Positions 23,946 to 36,149 of a stretch of DNA of 64,000 bases are shown piece by piece (the first letter of the stretch is position 1; each line of letters begins with the position of its first letter). Source of the stretch: Selaginella moellendorffii (taxonomy: Eukaryota > Plantae > Lycopodiophyta); assembly GCF_000143415.4 (NCBI RefSeq), contig NW_003314296.1, forward strand, positions 849,645 to 913,644, in the 5' to 3' direction. Both the position numbers and the translations under genes were made by a program. The notes below the pieces were generated by a model. It searched no databases. It was given only the letters and a program-made list of their open reading frames with translations, and was not told the DNA's origin.

Positions 23946-25247
23946 ATCCGATGAACTCTTTGTCATTTTGGTCATGCTTTCGGGGATCCTTTAGCCTACA
24001 ACACCTTGGGGAGTTGATTCCTTACACTTACATGCCGATCATTGTTCTGTGTCCGGCTTGGGTCTAAGCCCAAGTTCCACACCATGCTAGTTGATGGAGT
24101 ACCTATATCCTCACGTTAAGCCACTAGTATGCTAAAATTGAGCCAAATTCTATTTGGCTCCATTTTACATGTTTGTCCTAGAATTGAGATGCTAGATGCT
24201 CTAGAAGTGTTTCTACATTGCTTCGTGCTCTTGTCCCTTCACTCCTTGGGTTGAATGCTATACCATAGTCCCACAGTGGTGTAAGTGATTAAATTTTCCA
24301 TTTTACTTTATTCATTTAACCACACCTTTGACCATTTGGAGGAATCCCACTCATGAACTCCATAAGTCTTATTCTTGACTTGGGGATATGCTAGCCTTTT
24401 GAATGATATATATACTACTTCACTCTTACACTTAGTTTAAGTGCTCCACATATCTAATCCCATAACTAACACCCAAAGGTATTATTGATATATAAAGCCA
24501 TGGTTATTCACCCTTGTCACATTGGTAGTCCAAGACAACTTGCATCACAATCTCGTCTCTCAAAGACTAAGCTATCTGTCTATGAGTGATCATCCTTTGA
24601 CCACACCTTAGCACCCTTAGGGTGCCTGGAAACATGGGAAACACCCTTCCCTAATATCCCTTCTTTGGTCCCCATTAACTCCTTCATCCATGGCTGTGTT
24701 TGCCAACCCCACTATTGGGTCAAGGCATAAAGGCCCAACCACTAAGTCCCACTATCCTCTGGGAGTTCCTCACCATATGATTATATTCTTGGTCACTACA
24801 CTAAAGGATTATTCGTCAGTTTGGGATTTTTGGATGACATTTTGAAACATTATAGCTCTACATGTGCCTTGTGGGTACTTTTCCCACCTTCCACCCTTAG
24901 ATGCCCTAGCCATGTGGCTAAAGTGAGGTTTTGAGGAGCCACGCTAAGTATCCAAGTAAGTAGTGCCACCCACACTTGGATTGGGAGTATTGACCATTTA
25001 ATCTCCCGAGGGAGCTAGAGCTAACTCTTAAATACTTCACTAAGTTACCTCACTTATCTATCCATATTCACTCTAGTTGTGGACTCCTTAGTGGTTATAT
25101 CATCACTCAATATATGGGTATAGGCTTCATTGGTCACACTCAACTTTTCTGGCTAAATTGACTCTACTGGAGTCTTCCCCCTACTATACTTTTGGAGCTC
25201 ACTAAACCCCTCAGGGTTTGGAAGACGATTGCTTTGGGCTTTCACCC

Positions 25248-25530
25248 TCGGACTTGGACTCAAATTTAGACTCGGTCTCAGACTTGGTCTCAAACTCAGT
25301 TTCGAACTCGGTCTTGGACTCGGTCTTAGCCTCAATCTTGATCTTAGTCTTGGTCTCGGTCTCGGTCTCAGTCTCTTTCTCGGCCTTGACGTCAGACTCC
25401 ATCTCGAGTCCATCTTGGATTTGACATCAAACTCCATCTCAAATCCATCTCAAGCTCTTCTTGGGTCCATCTTGGACTCCATTTTGGGTCCATCTCAAAC
25501 TCCATCTCAGGTTCATCTCAAACTCTATCT
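25248..25530. repeat. 6/12-bp-period tandem array
   Basis: Seen directly; gives low-complexity ETKTKIK/ESK ORFs. Confidence 0.85.
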
Positions 25531-26229
25531 CGGTTATGGGCCATTCATCCATGAGTGGTCATCCCTTAACCACACCTTAGCACCCTTAGGGTGCTTCAAG
25601 ACATGGGGAACACCCTTCTTTAATATCCCTTCTTCTGTCCCCACCAAATCCCTCTTTATCCACAGCTATGCTTGCCAACACCGCCATTAAGTCAAGGCTT
25701 AAAGGTTCGACCACTAAATCCCACTATCCTTTGGGGCTTCCTCACCATGTAACTATATCCTTGGTCACTACATTAGAGGATTATTTCTCTTCCTTTCCAC
25801 AATCTGGGATTTTATGATGACATTTTGAAACACCGTACCTCTACATGAGCCTTGTGGGTACTCTTCCCACTTTCCACCCTTAAATGCCCTAGCCATGTGG
25901 CTAGAGTGAGGTTCGAAGGAGCCACACTAGGTATCCAAGTAGGTAGTGCCATCCATATTTGGATTGGGAGCATCAACTATTTGATCTCCTAAGGGAGCTA
26001 GAGTTAGCTCTTGAACACTTCACCATGCTACCCCACTTGTCTATCCATATTCACTTTAGCCTTAGACTCCTTAGTGATTATATCATCACCCAACATGTGG
26101 GTATAACCTTTACTGGTCACACTCAACTTTCCTAGCCAAACTGACTCCACTAGAGTCCTTCCCCTACTATACTTTTAAAGCTCACCAAACCCCCTAAGGT
26201 CTGAAAGACGATTTTTTTGGGCTTTCACC

Positions 26230-26620
26230 CTCGGACTCGGACTCAGATTTAGACTTGGACTTGGTCTTGTACTTGGTCTCAGACTCGGTCTTGAACTCGG
26301 TCTTTGTCTTGGTCTTGGTCTTGATCTTGGTCTCAGTCTCGGTCTTAATCTCTTTCTCAGCCTCAACCTCGAATTCCATCTTGGGTCCATCTCAGACTCA
26401 ACCTCAAACTCCATCTCGGATCCATCTTGGACTCCATCTCAGGTCCATCTCGAACTCCATTTTGGGTCTATCTCAAGTCCATTTTGGATCCATATCAAAC
26501 TCTATCTCGAACTCCATCTCAAGTCCATATCGGACTCCATCTCGGACTCTATCTTGGATCCATCTCAAGTCTATATTGGATTCTATCTCAAACTCCATCT
26601 TGGACTCCATCTCAGACTCC
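26230..26620. repeat. 6/12-bp-period tandem array (ACTCCATCTCGG-like)
   Basis: Seen directly. Confidence 0.85.
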
Positions 26621-29600
26621 TTTCTAATATTTCTATATGTCACGACATTCGTTATATGTCAATCTTTTTTGTGTCCCTTTTTAGAGACTCATTCACTGAT
26701 TGTTCCATGCTCATCCCTCGAGCACTTCATTTAGAGTTTCACTCCTACTTTTGACTTTCTAAGTCAAAGCCTTTAGTTTAAACATGTTATGCTTATTAAA
26801 CTTCTATTTTGACCACTATTATATGGCCTTTATGGTTTAGAAGTTTATATTTCACAACTATAGACAAAATTCAATGTCCTCATTGAACAATAAACCATTT
26901 TATAAAGTAACCCTATCATGGATTACCACTTTTCATCCTTGACACCCAGCTAATATTTGTCAATGGTTCAACATTGAAGGCTTACTATGCTTTGCCCATC
27001 CTCTAAGGAGCATAATCTCTCCAACTTAGAGACTCATTAAACCACATATACTGGTCCTTCCCCTTTTATTCGTTTAAGTCATGCTTAACTCATTAGAGAC
27101 ACCTTCTCTATTTCATTTTTACTACTTATTTAGGAGTAGTCTCAACCTTTATCAACATAAGCCACTCTAGAACTCTAATATTGACATCTTATATCAATTT
27201 TCTAGGTGTGTTTGACACTTTGCATTGTATTGTTTATGCAAATCCCACTTCCCCACTTAGGAAGTTCTTTACTAAAGGGCACCATCATTTTCTCTTTTAT
27301 TTCATGCCATTCTTAACACTAAATTTCATTTATCCATAATTTGTGTTAAATTTATTCATATCCCTATCATTTAGCTACTTTACCACTCCATCTTTATTAA
27401 AGTTTTCACCTTTGCTAAATTGGAGCATTTGAGAATTCATTTTTGGAAACATATTTCTTTTCCCACAATCTATTAGCCTTTACCACGTGGGTGTTCCTTG
27501 TCTAACTTATCATTTAGATTCCTTCCAATGATTTCCATGGTCCATTTTTGGCCACTAGTCTTTTGCTTCTATCCTTTGTTGCACCACATAACATAAAATC
27601 ACTACCTCCATCCTTAAAATATCTTTTCGATTCTATAGCAAAAACTCTATTTTGCCAAGTCCAAAGGGTGTTCACCCATAGTAAGTCTCTTTAGTATTCT
27701 TTTGTTGTAAGTTTTATCCACAGCCCAACTTTATTTTATAGGTCTTTCCTAAAGACTATTTTTTTGGACTCACCATACCATTGCATTAGCATAACTCATT
27801 TTCTTGAGGTGTCCTTCTCACTTGGTCACCTTGACTTAGTTATACCATTACTAATAGTTCAAATCAACATTTTGAACTAAGAATTTTATTCTTTAACCAA
27901 ACAAGGATTTTATCCTAGTTTAACCACAAGATCACTTAGTAATCTCACTTTAACATCTTAACAAATTTGCCAATATACCATGTTTTCACATTAAGAAATC
28001 TAATTGTGTATCATGACTTTGAGGCATCCCCCACTTGGTGGTAGGCCCAAGTTAGTCTCTTTATTGAGAGTCTATGACCATTGAAAAATAAGTATTCTCA
28101 TATTCTAAACCATCACGATGCCCTAGTGAGTTGAGACTCGAACCCAAGCACTAAAAGGTTGAGACTTCAACCCAACCTCCATATATGCATCTACGAATAA
28201 CATCACTTAGGATGCCTAACATGACTCCCCATGCTAATGCACTAATTTATACCCAAAATACGGTACAGATCACTCTCTAAGAACTTAGCTCCTCTAATTT
28301 GCCAAGTCCTCTCACTTAACAAATTTGTGATTATGTATGAATTCCTTAATATTTAGCCCCATAGGCCACCTTTTTTTAAGTTAACACCTTCAATTAAGGT
28401 CTTCGTTTTTCTGACTTGCCAATCTTGCTTAGCAAGCACTTGACTAGCATAACATAGTTCTATATATAAGCGTGAAAGTCTTTAAATACCAACTTTTGTT
28501 CAAAGCCATATTTTTTAACACTCAGGAGCTACCTCCCCAACTTTGATAGCATCACCTCATGGCAAACTTCAAGACCACACTTCTGTTGCACCACTCTAAT
28601 TTCACACAATCCGATAAATTATGTAAACTTGTCTTTTTAAGCACCAACCTACCCAAAATTGTCTTTTGGGAACATTGAAGGGACTCTATCCTTTAGTTTG
28701 TTAAAACCTCTCTTTTTGCAAGCTTTTTCATTGCTATATAGTCTAATATAGATATTTCCATACTTTAGATTTTATATGGCATCACAGTTGCCAATAGCAA
28801 CACCTTCGAGCACCCACTTGAATCTCCACTTTTAACTTGCATATGCCTTTCGATTTCTATGGTTTTGTTTTATCCCCTTATTACTTACTTTCAACCTTAC
28901 ACATTTCCTTCGGTTATTTTTCCTTTAAGCTAGGAGAATAATTTTGCACTTTTTATCATGCTTTAGCAATTATTCTTAGGGATGAACCTACCCGATGGTC
29001 TAAGGAGTGATTCCTCAATTCGAATATACTCACGTTATAATCCTATATATTAAAATTAACTTTGCTATTTATGAGCCTTTGTGTGCCCATTATTAGCTTA
29101 TCCAAAAAAAATTTTGGCTTTGTCTAATTTTGGATAAATAGACTTCTTTTGTCTCTAGCTTTTTGCAACTTTAGATATTAAATAACATTAAACACTAAAT
29201 TTGCTTTCTTTCGGGAACACCTTTGCCATGACTTTAGTATGGCATATTCTACCATCAATAAAATATTCATTATTCTCATACTTGGATTTTATGATCTTCC
29301 CCATCCTTTGTAGGGTATAACACACTTCAGTCCAAATGCTTTCACAAATCTTTTAAGACCATTCTTTAACCCCACTTGAGTTATAGCTTTTGGACTTTGC
29401 TAATCTAATAATTAGTAAGGTTTTACTTTGAATTGTCAACTCACTAGAATACAACTTTTTATATTCATACTCTACTCATAAAGATCATTTTTACAAGTGT
29501 TACTCTAACACTTAATTATTCTTTGTTCCATGTGGACTACCTCTACCCCTTAAGACTATCTATCCATATGATAAGAATACCGACTTATCCTCTAAGTACA

Positions 29601-31094
29601 CCCCGAACTCCTTGGGTTGTTCCAATATGTATTAAAGATAGCCTTGGCTACCATTTTAAGGATTTGTGTTCTCATCTGTATTTATCCTACAGTCACTAAC
29701 TTTAGTCTCAATTCTTAAGAACTATCCTCAAGTGTATGGAGATAATCTTATGACTCTTTTATCGTTCAGAGTTTTCATCATTCCCGTGATCCCAATTGTA
29801 GTTGTATCCCACAACCACATTATCTAGTTTGCTAAGTCAAACACTTTTATAAATCACATTTTCAACTCTTTGAGGAAAACTTTGTACTATTCTCAAAATC
29901 CTAAAGTCATTCCTTTGTTGGCCCCTTTCTATCCACCGCATTGCCTATATGTTCACAAATGAACTAAAATAGAGAGTTATGCCTTCTTGACATGCTACTC
30001 CTTGAGGATAGGCCTACACTTGGGACATCTTGATGCCAATACAAGTGGTGATATACTTAAATACCAATAAAAGTTGGATTAAGGAATAGTTCCAATACCA
30101 AATTGTAAACAATAAAATTTTCTATTTTACTTTAAGCACTTAACCACATCTTTAACAATTTAGAGAAGTTTCACTCACGAACTCCATAAGTTTTATTTCT
30201 GACTTGGGAATATGCTAGCCCTGTGAATGATATCTTTGCCACTTAGCCCTTGCACTTGGTCTAGATGCTCCACATGTCCAATCCCATGATCGACATCCAA
30301 AGGTACCACTAACATATCAACTTGTTATGCTAAAGCCATGGCCATTCACCCCTATTACATCAGTAGTCAAAAACCACATGCATCACAGTCCCATTTCTCA
30401 AAGACTGGGCCATCTGTCCATGAGTGGTCATCCTTTGACCACACTTTAGCACCCTTAGGGTGCTTCAAGACATGAAGAACACCTTTCCCCAATATCCCTT
30501 CTTCCATCCCCACCAAGTCCTTTTTCATTCATGGCTATGCTCGCTAACACCGCCATTGAGTCAAGGCTCAAACACCTGACCACTAAGTCCTATTGGCCTT
30601 TGGGATTTCCTCACCATGTGACCATATCCTTGGTCATTACATCAGAGGACTATTCCTCTTCTTTTTCATAATCTGAGACTTTGGGATGACATTTTGAAAC
30701 ACTGTAGCTCTATGCAAGCTTCATAGGTACTCTCCCCACCTTCTACCCTTAGGTGCTCTAGCCATGTGGCTAGAGTGAGGTTGGATTAGGAACATTGACC
30801 ATTTGATCTCTTAGGGGAGCTAGAATTAGCTTTTGAACACTTCATCAAGCTACCCTGCTTGTCTGTCTGTATTCACTTTAGTCTTGGACTCCTTAGTGGT
30901 TATATTATCACCAAATACATGGGTATAACCTTCTTTAGTCACACTAGCTTTTCCTAGCTAAATTAGCTCTACTGAAGTCTTCCCCTTATTATACTCTTGG
31001 AGCTCACCAAACCCCCCAAGGTTTGGGAGACGATTATTTTAGGCTTTCACCCTCGAACTCGAACTCAACCTTAGGTTCATCTCAAACTCAACCT

Positions 31095-31465
31095 CGAACT
31101 CCTTCCTGACACTTCCCTCATCCCTTGAGCACTTCATTTAGAGTTTCACTCCCACTCAAGCTTTCACCTTTGGATTTGAACTCAATCTTGTACTCAACCT
31201 CAGGTCTATCTCAAACTCGACCTCGGACTCCTTCTTGACACTTCCCTCATCCCTTAAACACTTCATTTAGAGTTTCACTCCCACTCTCAACTTTTTAAGT
31301 TGCCTTTATCCCTTAAGCACTTCCTTCATCCCTTGAGCACTTCATTTAAAGTTTCACTCCTACTCTCAAGTTTTTAAGTTGCCATTATCCCTTGAGCACT
31401 TCCTTCATCCCTTGAGCACTTCAATTAGAGTTTCACTCCCACTCTCAACTTTTTAAGTTGAAGCC
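31095..31465. repeat. Tandem repeats of CATCCCTTGAGCACTTCATTTAGAGTTTCACTCCCACTC-like units
   Basis: About four full copies plus partial copies. Confidence 0.8.
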
Positions 31466-32134
31466 TTTGGTCCAAACATGTTACGTTTATTGGACTTTCA
31501 CTTCATTTTTCTTAAAAATTTATATCTCAAGATGGATTCCTTTCATTGTATAGACTAACTATTTCATGTGAAGCAATTAGTCATCCATCTATACTATAGT
31601 CTTATAATAGATACCTAATATATACGATTTTAAATTTAGGAAAAGGAATATACTTTGCTCAAAGGTATATTATATTTTAAATAACCACTAATCAATGAAA
31701 ATTGACCATTTACTCCTATATTACATATAACATAGTTTATCTCTTTCCCCTTAAACCAACTAGAAAAAAAGTAATTGCTTAATAAGAGAGCCTTTAGTAG
31801 TTATTTTATTCCACATGTTTCTAAGGATTCATAGTGACAATATATTTAAATCTCATCCTATAATCACATACACTACAAAAATGATAAAAGACATTTTTAG
31901 AAAAGTGTATAAACTTTATCTAACTCAATTATTTAAGCCTCTTTTTCAAATAGTATCATATAGTTTCATCAAGTTGAAGAGTTGAGCTTGTTTTTATTAA
32001 ATGTTTCATAATGACTTTTTAATGCACCTTAAATATTGACTTCTTATTCATTTCAAAATATTAACTGGATTTTTTATCCATTTCAAGTATTTAATTACCT
32101 TTTGCACTTTTGTTTCAATAAAGGGAAAAACAAC

Positions 32135-34491
32135 CTAACTGATGCTGGTCTGCTCAGAGTTTTGCCTTAAATCACAGAGGAAGCCAGGCTTTGAGATGGT
32201 GCCACTGATGTCCATGTCACCCATGAGCATCCCCACCACTTTATACATCACTGGGCGCTTGTTTTGACTGGCTTGTGTGCAGTGGAGAGCAACTGTGAAC
32301 ACTCGCTTGATCTCGTGAATCTCTCGCTCACCCACCTCCAGTCTCTTGTCAATGATCTCTTGGAGATTGCCACTTTGGAATGCATTCCATGCCTGTGGTG
32401 ATCACACAAATCTAGAAGATCTAAACTTTAAAACCACATACTCACCCATTCGAGCAAGAAAAACTCGCTGAAGTCCATGTTTTTTCTTCCACTTATGATC
32501 TCAAGAACAAGAATCCCAAACGAATAGACGTCGGCCTTCACGGTGAGCTGACCATAGAGAGCATACTCTGGAGCTAGATAGCCACTAAAGATGGAAAAGT
32601 TAAAACAATTAGATAGAGAATTGGTGGAATAACTCACGCTGTTCCTGCTGCTCGTGTGCTGATATAGCTTCGACTTTGCTGGATCAGTCTTGCCAATCCA
32701 AAGTCCGAGATCTTTGGCTTGAGATCGCTGGCTAGAAGAATGTTGAGGGCTTTGATATCTCTGTGTACGATGGTTACCTGCGATGTTTCTCCGTGCAAGT
32801 ATGCCAAACCTTGGGCAACACCCACACAAATGTTGTATCTGGCAGTCCAATCTAGCTGCAAATCATTCCGCACTGAAATGGAAGAAACTCTAGTCAATAA
32901 CTCTTCATGATTTCTTAAAAGATCTCTTTAGAGTTGCTAACCAAACAAGGCGTCCGAGAGGTTCCCATTCTCGACGAGCTCGCAGACGATGAGCTTGTGT
33001 TCTTTCTCGGAGCAAAACCCGAAAAGCCTGACAACGTTTTTGTGTTGGAGCAGGCAAATCGTGGACACCTCATTCTCGAAATCCAGCCTCGCTTTCTCCG
33101 ATAGATCGGAGCTTGTCAAGTATTTCACCGCAACAACGTGACTGTCTATAACTCCCTGAGTGTGTGTATCAACAATGGAGTTTTTCTCGGTAAGAAAGAC
33201 CATCGAATTTAGACGAATACCTTGTATACACTCGCAAATCCGCCGGTGCCAATCAAGTTCTCCTTGTGAAATCCTTTCGTAGCCTCCTGGAGCTCTTCGT
33301 ACGAGTATTTCTTCGCCTTGCTACCGGGTGGTAGCCAGTTCAATGCTTCCCCACCAGCTCTTATACTGCGCGTTCTTCGTCGCAAAATCACCACGACAAT
33401 TGCCACTCCAACAACGAGCGACACCGCTCCCAAGAAAAATCCAAGAATCTTTGATCGTTTGTTGGACGAGCTTGAGCTCGTTCCATTCGGCAAAGGCAGC
33501 GAAACTGGACTGATCGTCGTGCCATTTCTCCCAATTGAAGATGGATCTGCACAACAAAGGTATGATCTCATCGTAAGCTCTTCAAAAGCTCGCCTTTGAA
33601 AGTGTTTGAACTCCACACAGGCATGGGACTCTTCATATTGCTGATGGCGTAGATCACCATGTTTCGATCTTTCTGCATCGCAAACAAGGACGCATTCGTG
33701 GAGTTGTTCGTCCCAAATCTCGCTAACACAGTCCCGTTTCGATCATACACGCCCAGCGTCGCCGTCTCCTCGAGAACAAGCTCGCACTCCCGTCCACTCC
33801 CCTTCGTTCTCGACTGCCACAAGACCTCGTTGCTCGAACTGTCGCTAAACACCGCATTGCAATCCTCTCCCATCTCCAGAACGTACTCGGGCCTTCTCAT
33901 GGATTTAATCCGGCAGCCCGGGTAGAGCCTGTCGAAAGCACTGAAGCTCAATCGCGTCCCCTCGTAGCCGTAGCAGTAGCCGATACTATCCGTGGTGTTT
34001 TCGATCCGGAGAGACGAGCACGATCCATTGGATCCTCGCAAGTTCATCCCCTGGATGTAGTATCCGGCTTGGAACTGGCCTTGCGTGACATAGGCGGCTC
34101 CATAGCTGCGGTTCATGAGACTTTGAAGATCCGGCAAGAGAGCCGTGAATCCTTCGCGAAGCTTGCTGCCACTGCTACCAAAATGTGGGCTAAAGCCGGG
34201 GCCGCAGTGGTCGACGTTGTAGAAGTAGAGATTGAGAACCAACGAGAGATTGGATTCCGGGAGAAACAAGGTGTCGCCAATGGCCTGGCCCCGGAAGTAT
34301 GGATCCGTGGCTCCATCGTAGACGAGCTGGGCAGGGATTGTGGTGATGAGGGCTAAGAACCTGGCGTGGAGCTCGTTGCTGGCGGCATCGGTGAGGGTGT
34401 GATCGTCGTCTTGGGTGTGCATGAGGAGCTTCCCAGCGGCTAGAAAGTTTGCTCCAAGGATCATCAAGAGGGTCAGGAATAGCATAATCAT
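32135..34491 (-). CDS. Receptor-like Ser/Thr kinase: signal peptide, unknown domain, B-lectin, TM, RD kinase (exons 34491-33594, 33546-33221, 33155-32942, 32872-32638, 32584-32446, 32392-32135)
   Basis: B-lectin [11 protein letters not shown]...[10 protein letters not shown]...VWSSNT; [24 protein letters not shown]; kinase motifs [46 protein letters not shown]. The first intron is GC-AG, the others GT-AG, and all exons join in frame. Confidence 0.9.
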
Positions 34492-34929
34492 GACAATAGC
34501 TGATCTGATCGATGGCTAGTTTGCATAATCCAGCCCCCCTCCCCTGTTTGCCCCAGCCAGAAGGAGCACCCAGCTCGCAACATCCTCCGGATTCAAGCTT
34601 CTGGTTGCACTTGATCAGCTCCAAGAGTGCTTGCTGCTAGCGAATATAACCGGGGAGACAGGAAACGCATTTGTGGTTCAAACTATGTTATTAGCTGAAT
34701 ATGCTCCCTGGCACACGAAGTCTTGTCCAACACGGAAATAAAGATGGCACGAAGTGTGTACCTCAAACTCTCCGCAGAGCGCACGAGAAAGAGAGGGGCC
34801 AGCTGGAGCATTCCATCTGTTTGATTTTCTTTGTTTTTTTTTACGGTCTAACGAGCGTATTGAGCTCTCTTTCGTGTTTCTCTGTCCACGAGCGGAAAGA
34901 CTGGTGGAGATCGATCCAAAGAACTTGCG

Positions 34930-35450
34930 CTTTGCCTCCCTGCACGCGATTCCAAGTCATGGTCGCGTCAACAAAGCTAGTCGCAGAGGGCATTTACAGT
35001 CTCATCTTGACACAATGCCGCACCGGAACACAATGATACAAGCGGCTGCTGAGAAGGTGTTCGCCAAAAGTGGTAGACTGCATATACCACGGCCAGACAT
35101 TTGGAAAGAGTCAAAACACGTTGTTGGCGTTGAGGCATACATTATGATGGAAATATTCTTAAGATAAAAACCCTGTTTGATGAAAGGGATATAATTTCAT
35201 ACACAACATGGAACGCTATACTCGTGGGATATGCTGAGAATCAAAAGCTAGAGGTGTTTTTAATTGCATGCCACAATGAAATCTGGTGTGGACAATAAGG
35301 ATCTCTGCATATGCCAAGGCCAAGTGTAACACAAATGCCATGAGCTTGTTTGAAGTGGGATATAACTTGCTGTTCTTAACACAACTCTAAACTGTAAAGA
35401 GATTTGGAAAAGGCAAAAGAATTCTTTGACAAGATGCCGGTGCAGCATTT
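34930..35450 (+). pseudogene. Fragmented PPR pseudogene
   Basis: Residual motifs DTMPHRNTM, TWNAILVGYAENQKLE and AKEFFDKMP in broken frames. Confidence 0.5.
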
Positions 35451-36149
35451 GTCCTAAAAAATATTTAATACTAGCAATTGCTCAGCAAATGTTGCGTGGT
35501 TGACAAATTTGATGCCATTTCAAGAGGTTTGCTAAGCTTAGCTATGTTTACTGTTTGATCAACTTCACAATTGAAAAACATTCTTTTGACCAAATGTGTT
35601 ATTTGTAATCATAAAATAGTAATGCATTTACCATACTTGATTGTTGTCTAAACTCCTCAAATCCAAATTTCCTATGTTGGAATTTATGAATTTTTCCCAT
35701 AAGCATTACATAAGCTAGATTAGATCACTATTAAGTTGCATTCCTCCATTTTGAATGCAAAGAGCCCAAAGAATACTTCCAAGTCCATCTTTGATGCAGG
35801 TGTTGCTACTTGCTCCACAGCCCATTAGAGAGGTTCCTCTTGGGATGAGCTGGGAACCATTATACTGCAATGAGAGTTGCACTCAAGAAGCAATAGGATG
35901 AAAACTGTACCTCTGCCATTAGTAGCATAATAGCATGTTGCCATAACCAAAATGGCACACCACCCAATGCACACCACTCAATGCTAGCTTTGTTGTGGTG
36001 TGCACTTCAAACTCATAACTGCAGGTCAAAGGTGGCTGAGTTAATAGCTTTGTGGAATCATGGTTGGATTTGGAATTGTGCCATATATTGGTCAGTCTAC
36101 TTAAGAATTTTAGCATAGATTGTATTCACAATGTAAAAGTGTTGATTAT

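Larger units (their letters stand above)
22860..31500 (-). mobile_element. Nested degenerate LTR retroelement block with repeated LTR-like modules
   Basis: Minus-strand PBS TGGTATCAGAGCC at 22948-22936 and a second PBS-like site near 30090-30100. Homologous LTR-like starts at ~24280 and ~30103; three copies of a 0.7-0.9 kb unit (24500-25250, 25545-26230, 30350-31050). 26640-28040 is the reverse complement of 50280-51690. Confidence 0.65.

Noticed and set aside
23742-31465. Short repeat arrays as a CRISPR-like locus
   Set aside because: There are no unique spacers and no cas genes, and the context is a eukaryotic retroelement.
35700-36120. Possible minus-strand PPR remnant (MDLEV, YATNGRG)
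   Set aside because: Too few and too short motifs to support a call.
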